64,000 nt of DNA from Octopus sinensis. Lineage: Eukaryota. The stretch covers positions 19,034,001 to 19,098,000 of the forward strand of contig NC_042999.1 in assembly GCF_006345805.1 (NCBI RefSeq), written 5' to 3'. Positions 25,554 through 38,940 of the stretch are shown here, piece by piece. The notes under the pieces were generated by a model. It was not told the origin of the DNA. It did not search any database and saw only the letters and a program-made list of their open reading frames with translations. The position numbers and the translations under genes were made by a program. Each line of letters begins with the position of its first letter. The first letter of the stretch is position 1.

Positions 25554-28360
25554 TACGATTACAATTTAATATACTGAAATTAAGCTGGTATTTTAATTCT
25601 GACAAAATTATAACTATGCAGTTTTCTTTTATTTTGCGCCACGGTACGATCTTTATCTTTTATTTTTTACCTGATTTAGTAATTGAGCAGCCCCCATCAT
25701 CGGGGATTACTTTGAAGGGTGTAGCACAAATCGAACCCAGTATTTATTTGAAGATTGACACACGTACTACCGATCTCCTTTGCCGAATTCATAAATGGTG
25801 GAGATGACTAAAAACAAATGGCAAGACGCACACTCACATGCACATGCACGCACACACACACACAATTACGCTTACAAATACACACACACAAATGCATACA
25901 CAAACGCAAAAGATTGACAGAGATTGTGTCTAAAAAATTCCATCACAAAGATATTTTTTTAAGGAAATAAGTTATCATAAGGGAAATTTTGAGACGACGC
26001 ATGTATTACCTGATTCGTCTGTAAGTAGGTATAAGTTGATATTTTAGTGAAATAAAAATTTCTGTTCATTTTCGTATTTAGTTATCCATACTTGGCACAT
26101 TTTTTGTAATTATTGTTTTTTGCTATACAATCCATACCGATCGTGCAAACATGTAACCAAAAGCGTTCCACTCATGATTCTGCAATCTTTTTATGTTACT
26201 TTATGGAAATATAGTTGCTAATTCAACCAAATTTATATGCCATATAGTAGACCGTCTTTGGCGGACATGTTTTTCTTCTTTTTCACTCACTTCATTTTGC
26301 ATTAAGTAATATACTAGATTATTGCCTGCTTCATTTTCATGATAAATTTCTTCTTGTGTCTTTTGTTTAATATTTACTATTCTCCGAATTCGTTTTTCTT
26401 ATTTATCTGTATTCTCTTCGTATCATCCCAATATTCTTATTCGACACACACGTCATAATATCCTGTTGTTTTTTATCCACTATCCACTCTTCTTCGTTCA
26501 TTGCATGATCGTCATTATGATATAAACTAAACTTTATATTGCCTTATTTCTATTTTCTTTGAGTTTTTCCTTTCATTAATTTCTTTACAAATTACGACGA
26601 TACTTTTTTTCTTTCCCTTCTAATCGAATAATTTTTATATTAATTCTTAGGAGTCAAAATAGCTTCCCAGCTTATCTTACTTTCATTAAATTATCATTTC
26701 ATGCTCCCATTTCTCCACTTATTCTACTTACATTACTAACCTAATCAAAGTAATCATCTATTTCGGTGCTAGCAAGAATTCTTTTTTCTACTGTGTAAAA
26801 TGTAAGATAAAATGAGTATATATTTGGAGAAAATAAAACACACTTGACGAAAAATATAAAAAACACAGCACAGTAACTGTTATCACTCATAATAGAGTAC
26901 ATTTATACTGCCCACAAGACATCTGAAATAGTTAATCAATATGACTTATTTGATTTAGATCTGCGCATGTCTACGTAATATTAAGTGCATTTGTAAGTAA
27001 TCGTTGTAAGACACTGACGCAAGAGCAACACATTTGCTATCGACTTGTTTGTGTCTAGACTCATCTACAAAATACGACTTTAATTCCATTGCAATCAGCT
27101 CAATTAAGTTTAGATATATTATTAGATTGCTTAAGGAAACGAGCTTGCAGTATCGTTAGCGTGTCGGACAAAGTGCTTAGCGGGATTTCTCTTGGCTCTT
27201 TACATTCTGAGTTCAAATACTGCCTGCGTCGAATTTGTTCTTCAAGTGCCACTTAAATACTGAGACAGCTGTATTTGACTATTGCCTCCCTTTAATGTTA
27301 CTGGCCTTGAACTAAAATTTTGAGACATATTATTGAATCATTTAAATTTATTTTTGTTCTGTGGACGCCCCCAGATGACGAAGTAGGCTAGCCCAATACG
27401 TAGATATAGAGGGAGAAGCCTAGACGTCGCGGTCAGAGTAGAGTAGCAGTAGGGAGCACATTTGAGTAGCAGTTAGTAGACTAGAACAGAGTTGAGCAGT
27501 CGGAGTGGTAGAACAGAGTAGAGTGGAGTAGAGTTGAATAGTAGAGGCGTCCGAACGTGCGACATAACAATTTTCTGTGATCAAATTCCGCCAAAGTCTA
27601 CTTTGCCTTTCAAACATTTCCGGGTCGATATCAGTATCAATAGAGCACCGACTACCCCACTAGCTGATTTAATCGACTACACCGTCTCTTTAGTATTGCT
27701 GGTCTTATACAAATATTTGAAACCATAGTATCAGATTATATAACCCAAATGAAGTACACGTGGTAATTACTCAAAAATACTATCGATGAATATTGGTTAA
27801 AATCTTGGGACTGCAACAATTTATCATGTAAACTTAGTATTAGCCTCGTTTAAAAACATTCTCTGATATATATGTATGGATTTGTTTGTAATATGTTTGT
27901 TGTGTTCATAGAGCTAACAGTTATCGGTATATCACCATGTACTTATATATCTACTCATGCAATTATTGTTTTCCTTATATCATCCAATACATAATTCTTT
28001 AACAATAGGAAAATATTTCAGCAAAGCCGTGTCAATGTTCTGCATTTGTAACTAAGCTATTATGCTAAGTATATTGTGCTTGAAAATATATTTGTGTATT
28101 TTCTTCATAACTGGTTGCTTAAATAAGGTTATGTTTCTAACAGTATCATGATACACCAAATACATACAAACCCAAAATATACAAAATGCTATAATTTTCT
28201 TACACCTCCTATACCCTATATTCAATAAATACTGCATCAATTACGTTTTTGTGGTTGCGTATATACATATATTTATGACTCTGTCTCTCTCACTCTCTCT
28301 CCTCCTCTCTCTATATATAGATATATATACACTTATAAATTGTGGATATATAATATATAT

Positions 28361-30260
28361 CACACTGGGGAACAGGAATTTTGTTGCCTGATGTTGAAGA
28401 CATGTTTCCTACTAATTCTATGGTGCTGATTTCAAAAATGTAATCCATTTTGCTCTATCAGGTTAAGATTTTCCACAAACTTAGATGTCCATTTTTCAAC
28501 ATTTCTGTAATGTCACCATTTCTAAGGATAGATTTGACTTCATCAAATCCGAACTCATGTATGGAGCTTGACATAAATTTGAATATACTGTTATTTCAAT
28601 GTCATTTAAAGTAAATACAACTGCAAAAATGAAAGCAAAAGTCATGATTTAAGTAACTTCAGTAAATGATAAGCATCGAACGTGGTCAACTTTCATTATT
28701 TTCAATCAGTTTCAAATGTCATGATGTTGATGGACATGTCCTTTATACAATTAGATGTTAAGAAACAACATATTTTGTGGTCCTTGACACTATACATGTC
28801 CCATATTTGTGGAATTTAACTGAAGATATGCCCATACTTTGCTTAATATAGTGTGACTATCATTGCAATTAGATGAGAAATGTTTTGTTAAACTATTAAA
28901 CTGCATTAAAAAATTGGTATTTTGAAGGTGCTTTTAATGTTTAATGGGGAGGTTATATGAGTCAAGGTCCCTTTTCGTCAAGAATGATCAAAGAACTATA
29001 AAAAGAACTTCATGGTATGTATGCTCTCTATGGAATTTTGCCATCACATATCTGCATTTGCTTACTTTATATCTGTTGTCTATTCCTATAATGCTTTTCC
29101 CTGGTGACAAATGGCTCAAATATACTTTGTGTTTCAGAAATGTAACCCGTTGTGATAAAAGACAACGTAAAAACAGCCCCGATGTCTTTTTTATTTCTGG
29201 ATGAGGTAGTAAAATAAAATCACAGATTTCGTAAAGAAAGCTTACTTTACTTCCTTACTTTAGCATTAAACTGGGTGACAACACAAAGCCTGGGTGACAG
29301 ATTCAAATACTTAAGTAGAAAGTTTCCAGTTTTGTCTTGCGTTTGATGGGCTACTTAACTGGTAGGTCTGCAAAATTTCAACCCCTCCTCCACGGGGTGC
29401 AGACTGGGCAACGCGAGCACAGCAAGCCAGCTGTGCTAGCGTGCTACAAGAAGCAAAAACGACCAGTATCGAAGCCTATGTCATCAAAGGCCAACTAAGA
29501 TGGAGCGGCCACGTGGTTAGAATGATTGACGAACGACTTCCCAAACAGATCTTCTACTCCCAACTCAAAGACGGCAAGCGTAGAAAAGGAGGCCAGAAGA
29601 AACGAACCTGAAAACGAACCTCAAAAAGTGTGACATCGACTTCACTAACTGGGAGGAAACGGCAAAAACAGACCACTCTGGAAAACCACCATCCATGAGG
29701 GAACGGCGACTTTCGAGTTGAAAAGGTCTGCAGAGCTGGGGGAGAAAAGACGACGACGGAAGGAGCGCCAACAACATCTACGTGTGACTCCCTCTTCCGG
29801 CACTAGATGTCCGCACTGCGACCGATCTTTTCAAGCAAGAATTGGGCTTATCGGTCACCTACGGACTCACCAGTAAATTTGCGCGAAGACCATCATCCTC
29901 GACCTTGAGGGATTGCCATCAAATCACTTAACTGGTAGCTACTTCAGGACGAGCTATTTTTTGAGACCATGTCTGGCATTGAACAAGAATCAAGGGATGC
30001 TTTTGCTGTAGTTGTATCTGATTTCCTGGGAAAGTTTTCGAGCAGTGGGCTGCAACAGGAGTGTAAATCTGTATTTCCTGCATAGTCAACTGGACTAATT
30101 CCTTTGAAAATCATAAAGCAATATATGTTGAGCAAGAAGATGGATTCAACCAAGACATCGAAAACACAGAGACTCGGTATCAAGGCCGGGAGAACACTAA
30201 CGTGATAATGTCTACTGCAGTTCACCGTAAAGGGACTATCAGAATGCAATTTATTCACAC
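28361..30260 (+). mobile_element. Degenerate DNA transposon (Tc1/mariner superfamily, m44-like transposase relic)
   Basis: Broken frames resemble the conserved motifs KNSPDVF, VKKAY..IKLGD..KAW (29150-29295) and VVSDFLG, GCNRSVNLYFLHSQLD, EQEDGFNQDIENTETRYQGR (29980-30200); family name is from recall; TIR-like start CACTGGG at ~28363. Confidence 0.65.
29366..29925 (+). mobile_element. RTE-clade LINE 3' fragment with 13-bp TSD
   Basis: SVLQEAKTTSIEAYVIKGQLRWSGHVVRMIDERLPKQIFYSQLKDGKRRKGGQKKR then, after frameshifts, a C2H2-like CPHCDRSFQARIGLIGHLRTHQ*; TSD ACTTAACTGGTAG at 29353-29365 and 29926-29938. Confidence 0.92.
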
Positions 30261-30467
30261 AAATCAGCTAAGAGAATGTTCATTCCTCGAGTATCTAAAG
30301 TTCAAGTTTGACAGAAATATCTATTCTAAGATTTGTGTAATATATTTGTTATACAATAAACAAGTACTGTTTGGTTTGTGTTAGTTTTGCTAAATTTTGG
30401 TTGTTTTGCTTAAATTTCTCTTGAGAACTTGTCTTAATGGTAAGACCATAGCGGATCTATTTTTAGC

Positions 30468-30543
30468 ATAAGGCTGTCCACATAGTGGTTTTCCTCTAAT
30501 ATATATATATATATATATTAGAGGGAAACCACTATGTAGACAG

Positions 30544-30549
<6 letters not shown>
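30468..30549. repeat. ~33 bp inverted repeat around a (TA)n spacer
   Basis: ATAAGGCTGTCCACATAGTGGTTTTCCTCTAAT..(TA)n..ATTAGAGGGAAACCACTATGTAGACAGCCTTAT. Confidence 0.9.
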
Positions 30550-30637
<88 letters not shown>

Positions 30638-31409
30638 ATATACATTTCCTTATATAAGATTATTCGTATATGTGTTCCTACACGCATGTTTCCATGCAGT
30701 TTTTTGAAAGATTACTGGGACACATCAAATATGTGAAATACTGTACTTAAAATCAAACCTGCTATATGATTCACTAAACTTTGCAGATAAGCAATTGATT
30801 TGGGGAGAGAGAAATCTATTAACAGAAATAAAATTACAGAGTACAGAGTAAATACTAGAATAAGAATTACAACTACAAAATATTACCAAAAGAAGAGCCC
30901 AACTTATATAAAGACAGTTGTGAAGCTATATAATAAAGAAGTGCGATGCTATAAATCAAATAGAATTTATAGAGCCTTATTCACTTTCAGCCAATGCTTA
31001 TATACACTTCTCTGTCTTTGGAAGATATTACTGCTTTGTTATTTAGGTCACTTGAAATTTCTCACTGTTATTTATTAATTTTTTTTTAGTAAGTCTCTGT
31101 CAAGGCTGATAAAACATACATTTATATCTGTCTTGTTCGATAGTGCCTCATAATTCAAAATTTTTTAATACACATCTTTTCGTCTTTCACTTGTTTCAGT
31201 CTTTAGATTGCGGCGATACAGAGGAAACGCCTTGAAGAATAGTAATCGAATAAACCGACTCTAGTACGTCTATTTCAACACTGGTACCTATTCTATCGAA
31301 CACATCTACTGAACTACTAAGTCACAGGGTTCATAAACACAATAATACTGCTTATCATGCATTGGTGGGGAACAAACACAGACACACACAAAGAGACGCA
31401 CACATTCAT

Positions 31410-31446
31410 ACATATATATATATATATATGTATGTATGAATGTATG

Positions 31447-31490
<44 letters not shown>

Positions 31491-31522
31491 ATATATAGAT
31501 AGATAGATAGATAGATAGATAG

Positions 31523-31562
<40 letters not shown>

Positions 31563-31586
31563 CATACATACAGACAGACAGATAGA

Positions 31587-31622
<36 letters not shown>

Positions 31623-31709
31623 TAGAGAGATAGACAGACAGCCAGACAGATAGATAGATAGACAGACAGGCAGATAGATAGAGAGACAGACAGACAGATA
31701 GATAGATAT

Positions 31710-31752
<43 letters not shown>
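31410..31752. repeat. (TA)n/(GATA)n/(GACA)n microsatellite adjoining an old family A SINE half (31180-31400, minus)
   Basis: Directly visible. Confidence 0.93.
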
Positions 31753-32555
31753 TAATTCAACTGCGTTTGCTATTAAATAATATTCTTATGGCCGCAATTT
31801 TTCTCACAGGCACCATCTTTCAAACCTTGTCGATAATTCTATTCTTAATCAAATTGGAAATTAACATTCCTTAAGAGAACTGGTCCCTAGCTACATTTTG
31901 GCAAAAGAAATTGATTTTTGATCTGGCAGAAAAAAATTTCCATCAAAATTTGTAACAACGTTATAGGAGAGTAAGTAACGCCACCATTCAAGTTTAGATC
32001 TAAATAACTTTTTTATTTTAAAAGCAAAATATATTTATCTTAGGTGCAATGATAGAAGAAAGCATGAAGAGGTTTACAATGTTGTTCCCGTGCAACAAAA
32101 ATATGTATCAATAAAAATGTGAGGTAAAATATCGTGAGAAAAATATAAGGCAACACTTGGATCAACATTTGTTTTTATTTTAAGAATAAAATATATCTTA
32201 ATTAAGCTTAAATGATAGCACAATTCGAGGAATTTCATGGTATCAATCTCATGTAATGAAGTCAATGAAGTTTTAAAAAGAAAAAGTTGATCGTTTCTTT
32301 CTCAAATTTGCGGATGAGTATATAGCTCTATACATTTTTATGAATATAATTCTCTAAGGGGAATTTTACTATATGTCACCTGCGCCATTGAGACAAGAAA
32401 TAAATTATTAACGACACTGCTAATTAACACATTTGACACATGATTAATTAGTCTGTACTTTACCAGATGCAATAAGTTGTCCTGAACGTTTCCAGGTTTA
32501 TAATGTGAAGAATATTATTTCTCTTGCTCGCATATTTCCATCTAATTATACATAC

Positions 32556-32594
<39 letters not shown>

Positions 32595-33094
32595 TAGCAA
32601 TAATAATTCTCTAAACGAGATATAGATAGTAACTGCTCCTCTATCCCGCTTCTTCGGTGGATGATCTCCCTTTGCAGGATAGAGGACGCCGTGATGGTGT
32701 CAAGCCTTTCTGGTGACGTTGATGTTTGCTGAAAGGTTGAGACTATTATACCAGTCCAGAAACCAGTCCACGCGTGTCCATATACTTAAATGTACGCTGA
32801 GAGATTAACTTAGCCCGTTTGCATTCAGGCGGTTAATTTCTGTAATTATTATAAGTGTATTTTGGTGATTTAAACAAGAGTTTTGACTGTTATTTCCGGC
32901 AGACTGATATACTTAGTATATCCTTTGATTAATTGTAATCCCTCAGTTATTTAGATATTTTATGCTTTTATGGGCCTGAAATCGCCTATATTATTGATTC
33001 TGTTATTATCATTTTTAAATTGTTATACTAGATAATAATAGAGTCAATAATATCTCTGCAAATTATCTTCTCGTGAATTATTTCCTCCGTATTG

Positions 33095-33150
<56 letters not shown>

Positions 33151-33180
33151 ATATATATGTTATATATATGCTGTATATAT

Positions 33181-33314
33181 CAGGAAAGGTCCCAGGAAAT
33201 TCTCGAAGGGAAGGCACATCGTCAGAAGGAGTACGAATAATATTATTTAGAAGGGTGTGCTTCTTTACCTGAGGTGTGGCACGTGCCTCTCAGGACCGCT
33301 TGGGTCCGCCCCTA
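33181..33314. mobile_element. Possible small MITE
   Basis: GC-rich island between (TA)n tracts with degenerate terminal inverted ends CAGGAAAGGTCCCAGG / CTTGGGTCCGCCCCTA. Confidence 0.4.
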
Positions 33315-33328
33315 TATAATATATATTT

Positions 33329-33361
<33 letters not shown>

Positions 33362-34207
33362 CACTACATATGTATGTTTGACTCTGATGTAAGAATGGAT
33401 AGTGAGTAGGTATAATGTGTAGCCTTTGAAATGAAACTTCTGGTTTATAATCGCAACTTAACTCATAATATAACCATAAAACTCACTTGGCTTTGTGTTT
33501 CATGTATTCTTTTATCGAAGTTATATAAAACTACTATCAGCAAATGACGGCAACTGTGAGATAAAACAGTACATTAGGTATGCATAGATGCAACACTGTA
33601 TGAGTACATCCACACATTATATATTCTTAATATTTTCGGATCAAATCGTGATATTATTAATTCTTTCATGCCCCTGAGAATTCATCATATCATTTACTAT
33701 TCTACGATGCAATTTTGTCTGTTTCCTTATGACAAAATGCACCGGTCTTTTTATATAAGCTTTGGCTTAGTATAATGTTTTATCTTTGATTTATACTTTG
33801 AGAACTTCTTTTCATCTATTGGTTTTATCCTTCATTATTCATAAGCAGTTTATCTCTTTGACATTTCGGTTAGTATACTGAAAAAAGATGATCTAATACA
33901 TTATAGCTCTCTTTGCAATCAGCTGCCTGTTGATACGCATTCACGCACACTCAGATATGTGCAGAAACAGTAAAAGAGTTGTAAAATACTGTGTTAGGTT
34001 AGTGGAAAACATTAGCCTTTGTGACTGAAAATATTTTCCTCCCGCTTACCAGAAGCTTAAGGCAGCGCATAATTGTCTTTCTTTAAAAGCACATATATTC
34101 ATAAATGATGTATGCACACGTATATATGCATATGTGTGTGTGAATATAGATATATATGTATGTGTATATACATATACATGCATATTACACACACCAATAT
34201 AATACAT

Positions 34208-34250
<43 letters not shown>

Positions 34251-34266
34251 TAAATATAATAAATAT

Positions 34267-34318
<52 letters not shown>

Positions 34319-34484
34319 AGTGAGTTGTGGGGTATCGCACGAGTGGGATTATATAAGAAAAAAGGTTTGAAAATGCAATTTAAACGATGTTTATTTACTT
34401 AACCGGTTTCACTCTTTGGTAAAAGATTGTCAAAAGTTACATTAAGGAAACATTGAATATATGGGTTCAAAAAAAGTTTTTTAC

Positions 34485-34671
34485 ATAATTGTCACATTGA
34501 GTATTATGCATTCAAAAAGGTTTTTACATAATTGTCACATTAGTATTATGCATTCAAAAAGGTTTTTACATAATTGTCACATTGAGTATTATGCATCAAA
34601 AAGGTTTTTACATAATTGTCACATTGGATATATGAATTCAAAAATGTTTTTTTATACATAATTGTCACATT
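34485..34671. repeat. 43-bp tandem repeat, ~4.5 copies (mirror copy at 36068-36270)
   Basis: Unit AATGTGACAATTATGTAAAAACCTTTTTGAATGCATAATACTC starts at 36115, 36158, 36201 and 36244 in the mirror arm. Confidence 0.93.
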
Positions 34672-35609
34672 ACATGTATAGATATAGTGTTTGGTAACAG
34701 AGAAGTTCAATAGTGTGATGAGAATGTTTGGGAAAATTTGGTAGAAAAGGATAAAACAAATATATTATTGGGAATTGGTTGCGTTAATTATTGGTTGTCG
34801 CAAATTGTCACATTACATGTATATAATATACAATCTTCGGTATAATATACAGCCTTTTGACAGCAAAAATTAGAATGGCTTTTTTATACATCTCAGAATA
34901 TTTTAAGTATAAGGCGAGCGATAATATGTTTACTGACCTGTTGGGATTAGCAGAAAGGCTGAACTGGAGAGAACAGAGGAAGTAGCCAATGTGGTGTATT
35001 CTTCCCCTTTATGCATGAATGATTTTGGGGTTATCAGGAGGTTAGTATGCGGGTGTGAGTAGATGTGTTCGTGCCCGCTGGTCAGATAGCGTCTGTTGTC
35101 ACACACATATATACACACACACACACCACACACACAACAACACAACACACACACACACACATAGTAAACAAACACACACCACATACAAACAACACACACA
35201 CACAGAACACACCACCCACACACAACGCACCCACATATATCACATATACACACAGCACACAAATATAATATGTATCTATTATAACATACACAGATATATA
35301 ACACACATACACACACAACACACACACACACACACCACACACACAACACACGCACACATTTGTGTGATATTTATATTATGATGTATGTGTGCGTGTGTTG
35401 TGTGTGTGTGTGTGTGTGTGTGTTGTTGTGTGTGTATGTTGTGTTATATATCTGTGTATGTTATATATAGATACATATTATATTTGTGTGCTGTGTGTAT
35501 ATGTGATATATGTGGGTGCGTTGTGTGTGGGTGTGTGTGTTCTGTGTGTGTGTGTTGTTTGTATGTGGTGTGTGTTTGTTTACTATGTGTGTGTGTGTGT
35601 GTGTGTTGT

Positions 35610-35640
<31 letters not shown>

Positions 35641-36306
35641 GTGTGACAAACAGACGCTATCTGACCAGCGGGCACGAACACATCTACTCACACCCGCATA
35701 CTAACCTCCTGATAACCCCAAAATCATTCATGCATAAAGGGGAAGTATACACCACATTGGCTACTTCCTCTGTTCTCTCAGTTCAGCCTTTCTGCTAATC
35801 CCAACAGGTCAGTAAAAACATATTCTCGCCTTATACTTAAAATATTTGAGATGATAAAAAAGCCATTCTAATTTTTGCTGTCAAAAGGCTGTATATATAT
35901 ACCGAAGATTGTATATATATACATGTAATGTGACAATTTGCGACAACCAATAATTAACGCAACCAATTCCCAATAATATATTGTTTTATCCTTTTCTACC
36001 AAATTTTCCCAAACATTCTCATCACACTATTGAACTTCTCTGTTACCAACACTATATCTATACATGTAATGTGACAATTATGTATAAAAAAACATTTTTG
36101 AATTCATAATATCCAATGTGACAATTATGTAAAAACCTTTTTGAATGCATAATACTCAATGTGACAATTATGTAAAAACCTTTTTGAATGCATAATACTC
36201 AATGTGACAATTATGTAAAAACCTTTTTGAATGCATAATACTCAATGTGACAATTATGTAAAAAACTTTTTTTGAACCCATATTATTCAATGTTTCCTTA
36301 AATGTA

Positions 36307-36347
36307 ACTTTTGACAATCTTTTACCAAAGAGTGAAACCGGTTAAGT
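36307..36347 (+). ncRNA. Hammerhead-like motif with U3-A8 core (mirror copy 34397-34437, minus)
   Basis: ACUU-UUGACAA-UCUUU(UACC)AAAGA-GU-GAAA-CCGG-UU^AAGU followed by AATAAA; stem II base is irregular. Confidence 0.55.
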
Positions 36348-36386
36348 AAATAAACATCGTTTAAATTGCATTTTCAAACCTTTTTT

Positions 36387-36433
<47 letters not shown>

Positions 36434-36706
36434 TATATAATCAAAGTAAGCAACAAGGGTATCCAAGGTAGAGTAGTACAATTGCTTGATTCTACTTAAT
36501 TTTATGAAACACTGCAAGCATTACATCAGTTTTAAAATGTCGAGCAATCTTCAGCCACATATAGCATTTTTCAATTAAACAGACAATACACATTCTTATC
36601 CCTATTTCATTTGCCAACATTATAGAGAGGGTATATATATAGACAGAGAGGTTAATTTCATTCTTACGAACATGATAGTATGTTCATTCTCCGTCTGTAG
36701 TATATA

Positions 36707-36774
<68 letters not shown>

Positions 36775-37373
36775 CAGAAAGACAGAGAAAGAGGCAGCAA
36801 TTTCCGTCCCAACGATATAGTTTCGCGTTCATTTTCGGCAAGTGTCTTTTTTTACATAACCCAGACCGGCCAATGTATTCATATATCGCTGTGTGTGTGT
36901 ATATCTTTGCGTTTGTAACGTACCCCATCAATGCTCGACAACAGGTGCCGGGTTGTTTACGTTCCCGTTATTAAGCGTTCCAGCAAAAAGGATCTGATAC
37001 AATAAGCACTAGACTTTAAAATATGCACTAGCGTCGATTTGTTCGCCTAAATCCGTTATAACTCTATCCCCAGCTTGGTCCAAATTAATGAGAGAATTAA
37101 GTAGTGAATATGACAAAAGATACATATAAGACTTGCGTTCGGGTCACAAACGGAGATGAACCCATCTCATTATCACCGAGGGAAAGTCCCCATACCGAGC
37201 ATAGAGACTACTGATTTGAGGAATCGTGTCAAACTTATCAGCTGCCTCCCGTTGATGCAATGACGCTGGGAGTTGTTGGTAGGTATCTTCGTCATAGTAA
37301 AGCTAAATGCAAGTGGCACTTTAGTGTTAACAAAATGGGAATTACTCTGAAGGAATTTCTTTTTTTCTTTTAT

Positions 37374-37790
37374 AGGCGCAGGAGTAGCTGTGTGGTAAGT
37401 AGCTTGCTTACCAACCACATGGTTCCGGGTTCTGTCCCACTGCGTGGCATCTTGGGCAAGTGTCTTCTGTTATAGCCACGGGCAAACCAATGCCTTTTGA
37501 GTGGATTTGGTAGACGGAAACTGAAAGAAGCCTGTCGTATATATGTATATATGTGTATGTATGTGTATGTGTATATGTTTGTGTGTCTGTGTTTGTCCCC
37601 CTAGCATTGCTTGACAACCGATGCTGGTGTGTTTACGTCCCCGTCACTTAGCGGTTCGGCAAAAGAGACCGATAGAATGAGTACTGGGCTTACAAAGAAT
37701 AAGTCCTGGGGTCGATTTGCTCGACTAAAGGCGGTGCTCCAGCCACAGTCAAATGACTGAAACAAGTAAGAGTGTAAAAGAGTAAGAGTA
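37374..37790 (+). mobile_element. SINE family A
   Basis: Full-length match to other copies. Confidence 0.9.
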
Positions 37791-38477
37791 TACCTCTGAT
37801 ATTTTCGTGTTAAATAATACAAGCTCAGTGGTATGTATTTGATTTGGTAAAGAATCAAGTTACACACCATCTTCAACGTTAACTAATTTGTAGCTGTTAT
37901 TACATATTCGACCAACCAAGTACTCGCTTCCAAAATTTGTGTTCGTACAGTAAAATATTGGTTTAGTATTTTGGTACAAAACAACTTCAAGGGACTATTC
38001 ACAATTTACAACCGCAAGACAAGTATATTTGTCACTATGTGACTGGTGGTGCTAGTTAGACGGTACTAGTGAACTTTCCAAGAAACAAGAGTTAAAACAA
38101 CTCTTAGCCACGTGAGAGCACATTTTTAACGACCGAGTAGGCATCTTAATAATTCATAATTCCAACTTCACCATTTTCGAAATCAGTCTATGTTTCCTAT
38201 GATGTTCTCTCTAAGGCTGACAAGGTGAGTTAAATTCTTCAACCCTCGGTGACTGAGTACTGGGTCCCAAATAAAGATTAATCAAATCTAAAATCAACGC
38301 CGATAAGACTCCATCTTGCTTGCCGTAGGAATGGAGCTTGTTTCCCTTGTCAGTCGTTCGAAAATTGCTCTCACGTGGGTAAGAGTTGCTTTGACGTTTA
38401 TTTATAGCAATTTTGGTGCTCAGTATCACCCTCCATTACTTTAGTGTCGACTATACTTGTTATATACACACACATGT

Positions 38478-38545
<68 letters not shown>

Positions 38546-38556
38546 TTGTGTGTGTA

Positions 38557-38940
38557 CGCAGGAGTGGCTGTGTGGTAAGTAGCTTCCTAACCAACCACAT
38601 GGTTCCGGGTTCAGTCCCACTGCGTGGCACATTGGGCAAGTGTCTTCTGCTATAGCTCCGGTCGACCAATGCCTTTTGAGTGGATTTGTTTGATGGAAAC
38701 TGAAAGAAGCCTGTCGTATATAGGTATATATATATGTGTATGTGTGTGTTTTTCCACCTAACATTGCTTGACAACGGATGCTGGTATGTTTACGTCCCCG
38801 TCACTTAGCGGTTCGGCAAAAAAGAACGATAGAATAAGTACTGGGCTTACAAAGAATAAGTCCCGGGGTGCTCCAGCATGGCTTCAGCATGGCCGCAGTC
38901 AAATGGCTGAAACAAGTAAAAGAGTAAAATAGTAAAGAGT
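38557..38940 (+). mobile_element. SINE family A
   Basis: Full-length match with a small 3' rearrangement. Confidence 0.88.

Larger units (their letters stand above)
34313..36391. repeat. ~2 kb palindrome (arms ~34350-35359 and 35385-36391) bounded by (TA)n; Penelope-like fold-back or assembly fold-back
   Basis: Arms are reverse complements over ~1 kb with a ~25 bp spacer; the left arm extends ~40 bp further. Confidence 0.9.

Noticed and set aside
27360-27564. Solo LTR (TGT..ACA, AGTAG-rich)
   Set aside because: No TSD, second copy or PBS/PPT; cannot be supported
34485-34671. CRISPR-like periodic repeat
   Set aside because: Contiguous 43-bp units with no unique spacers, no cas genes, eukaryotic context
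34930-35798. Mirror-image Cys/Val-rich ORFs on both strands
   Set aside because: Translations of (TG)n-rich sequence duplicated by the palindrome
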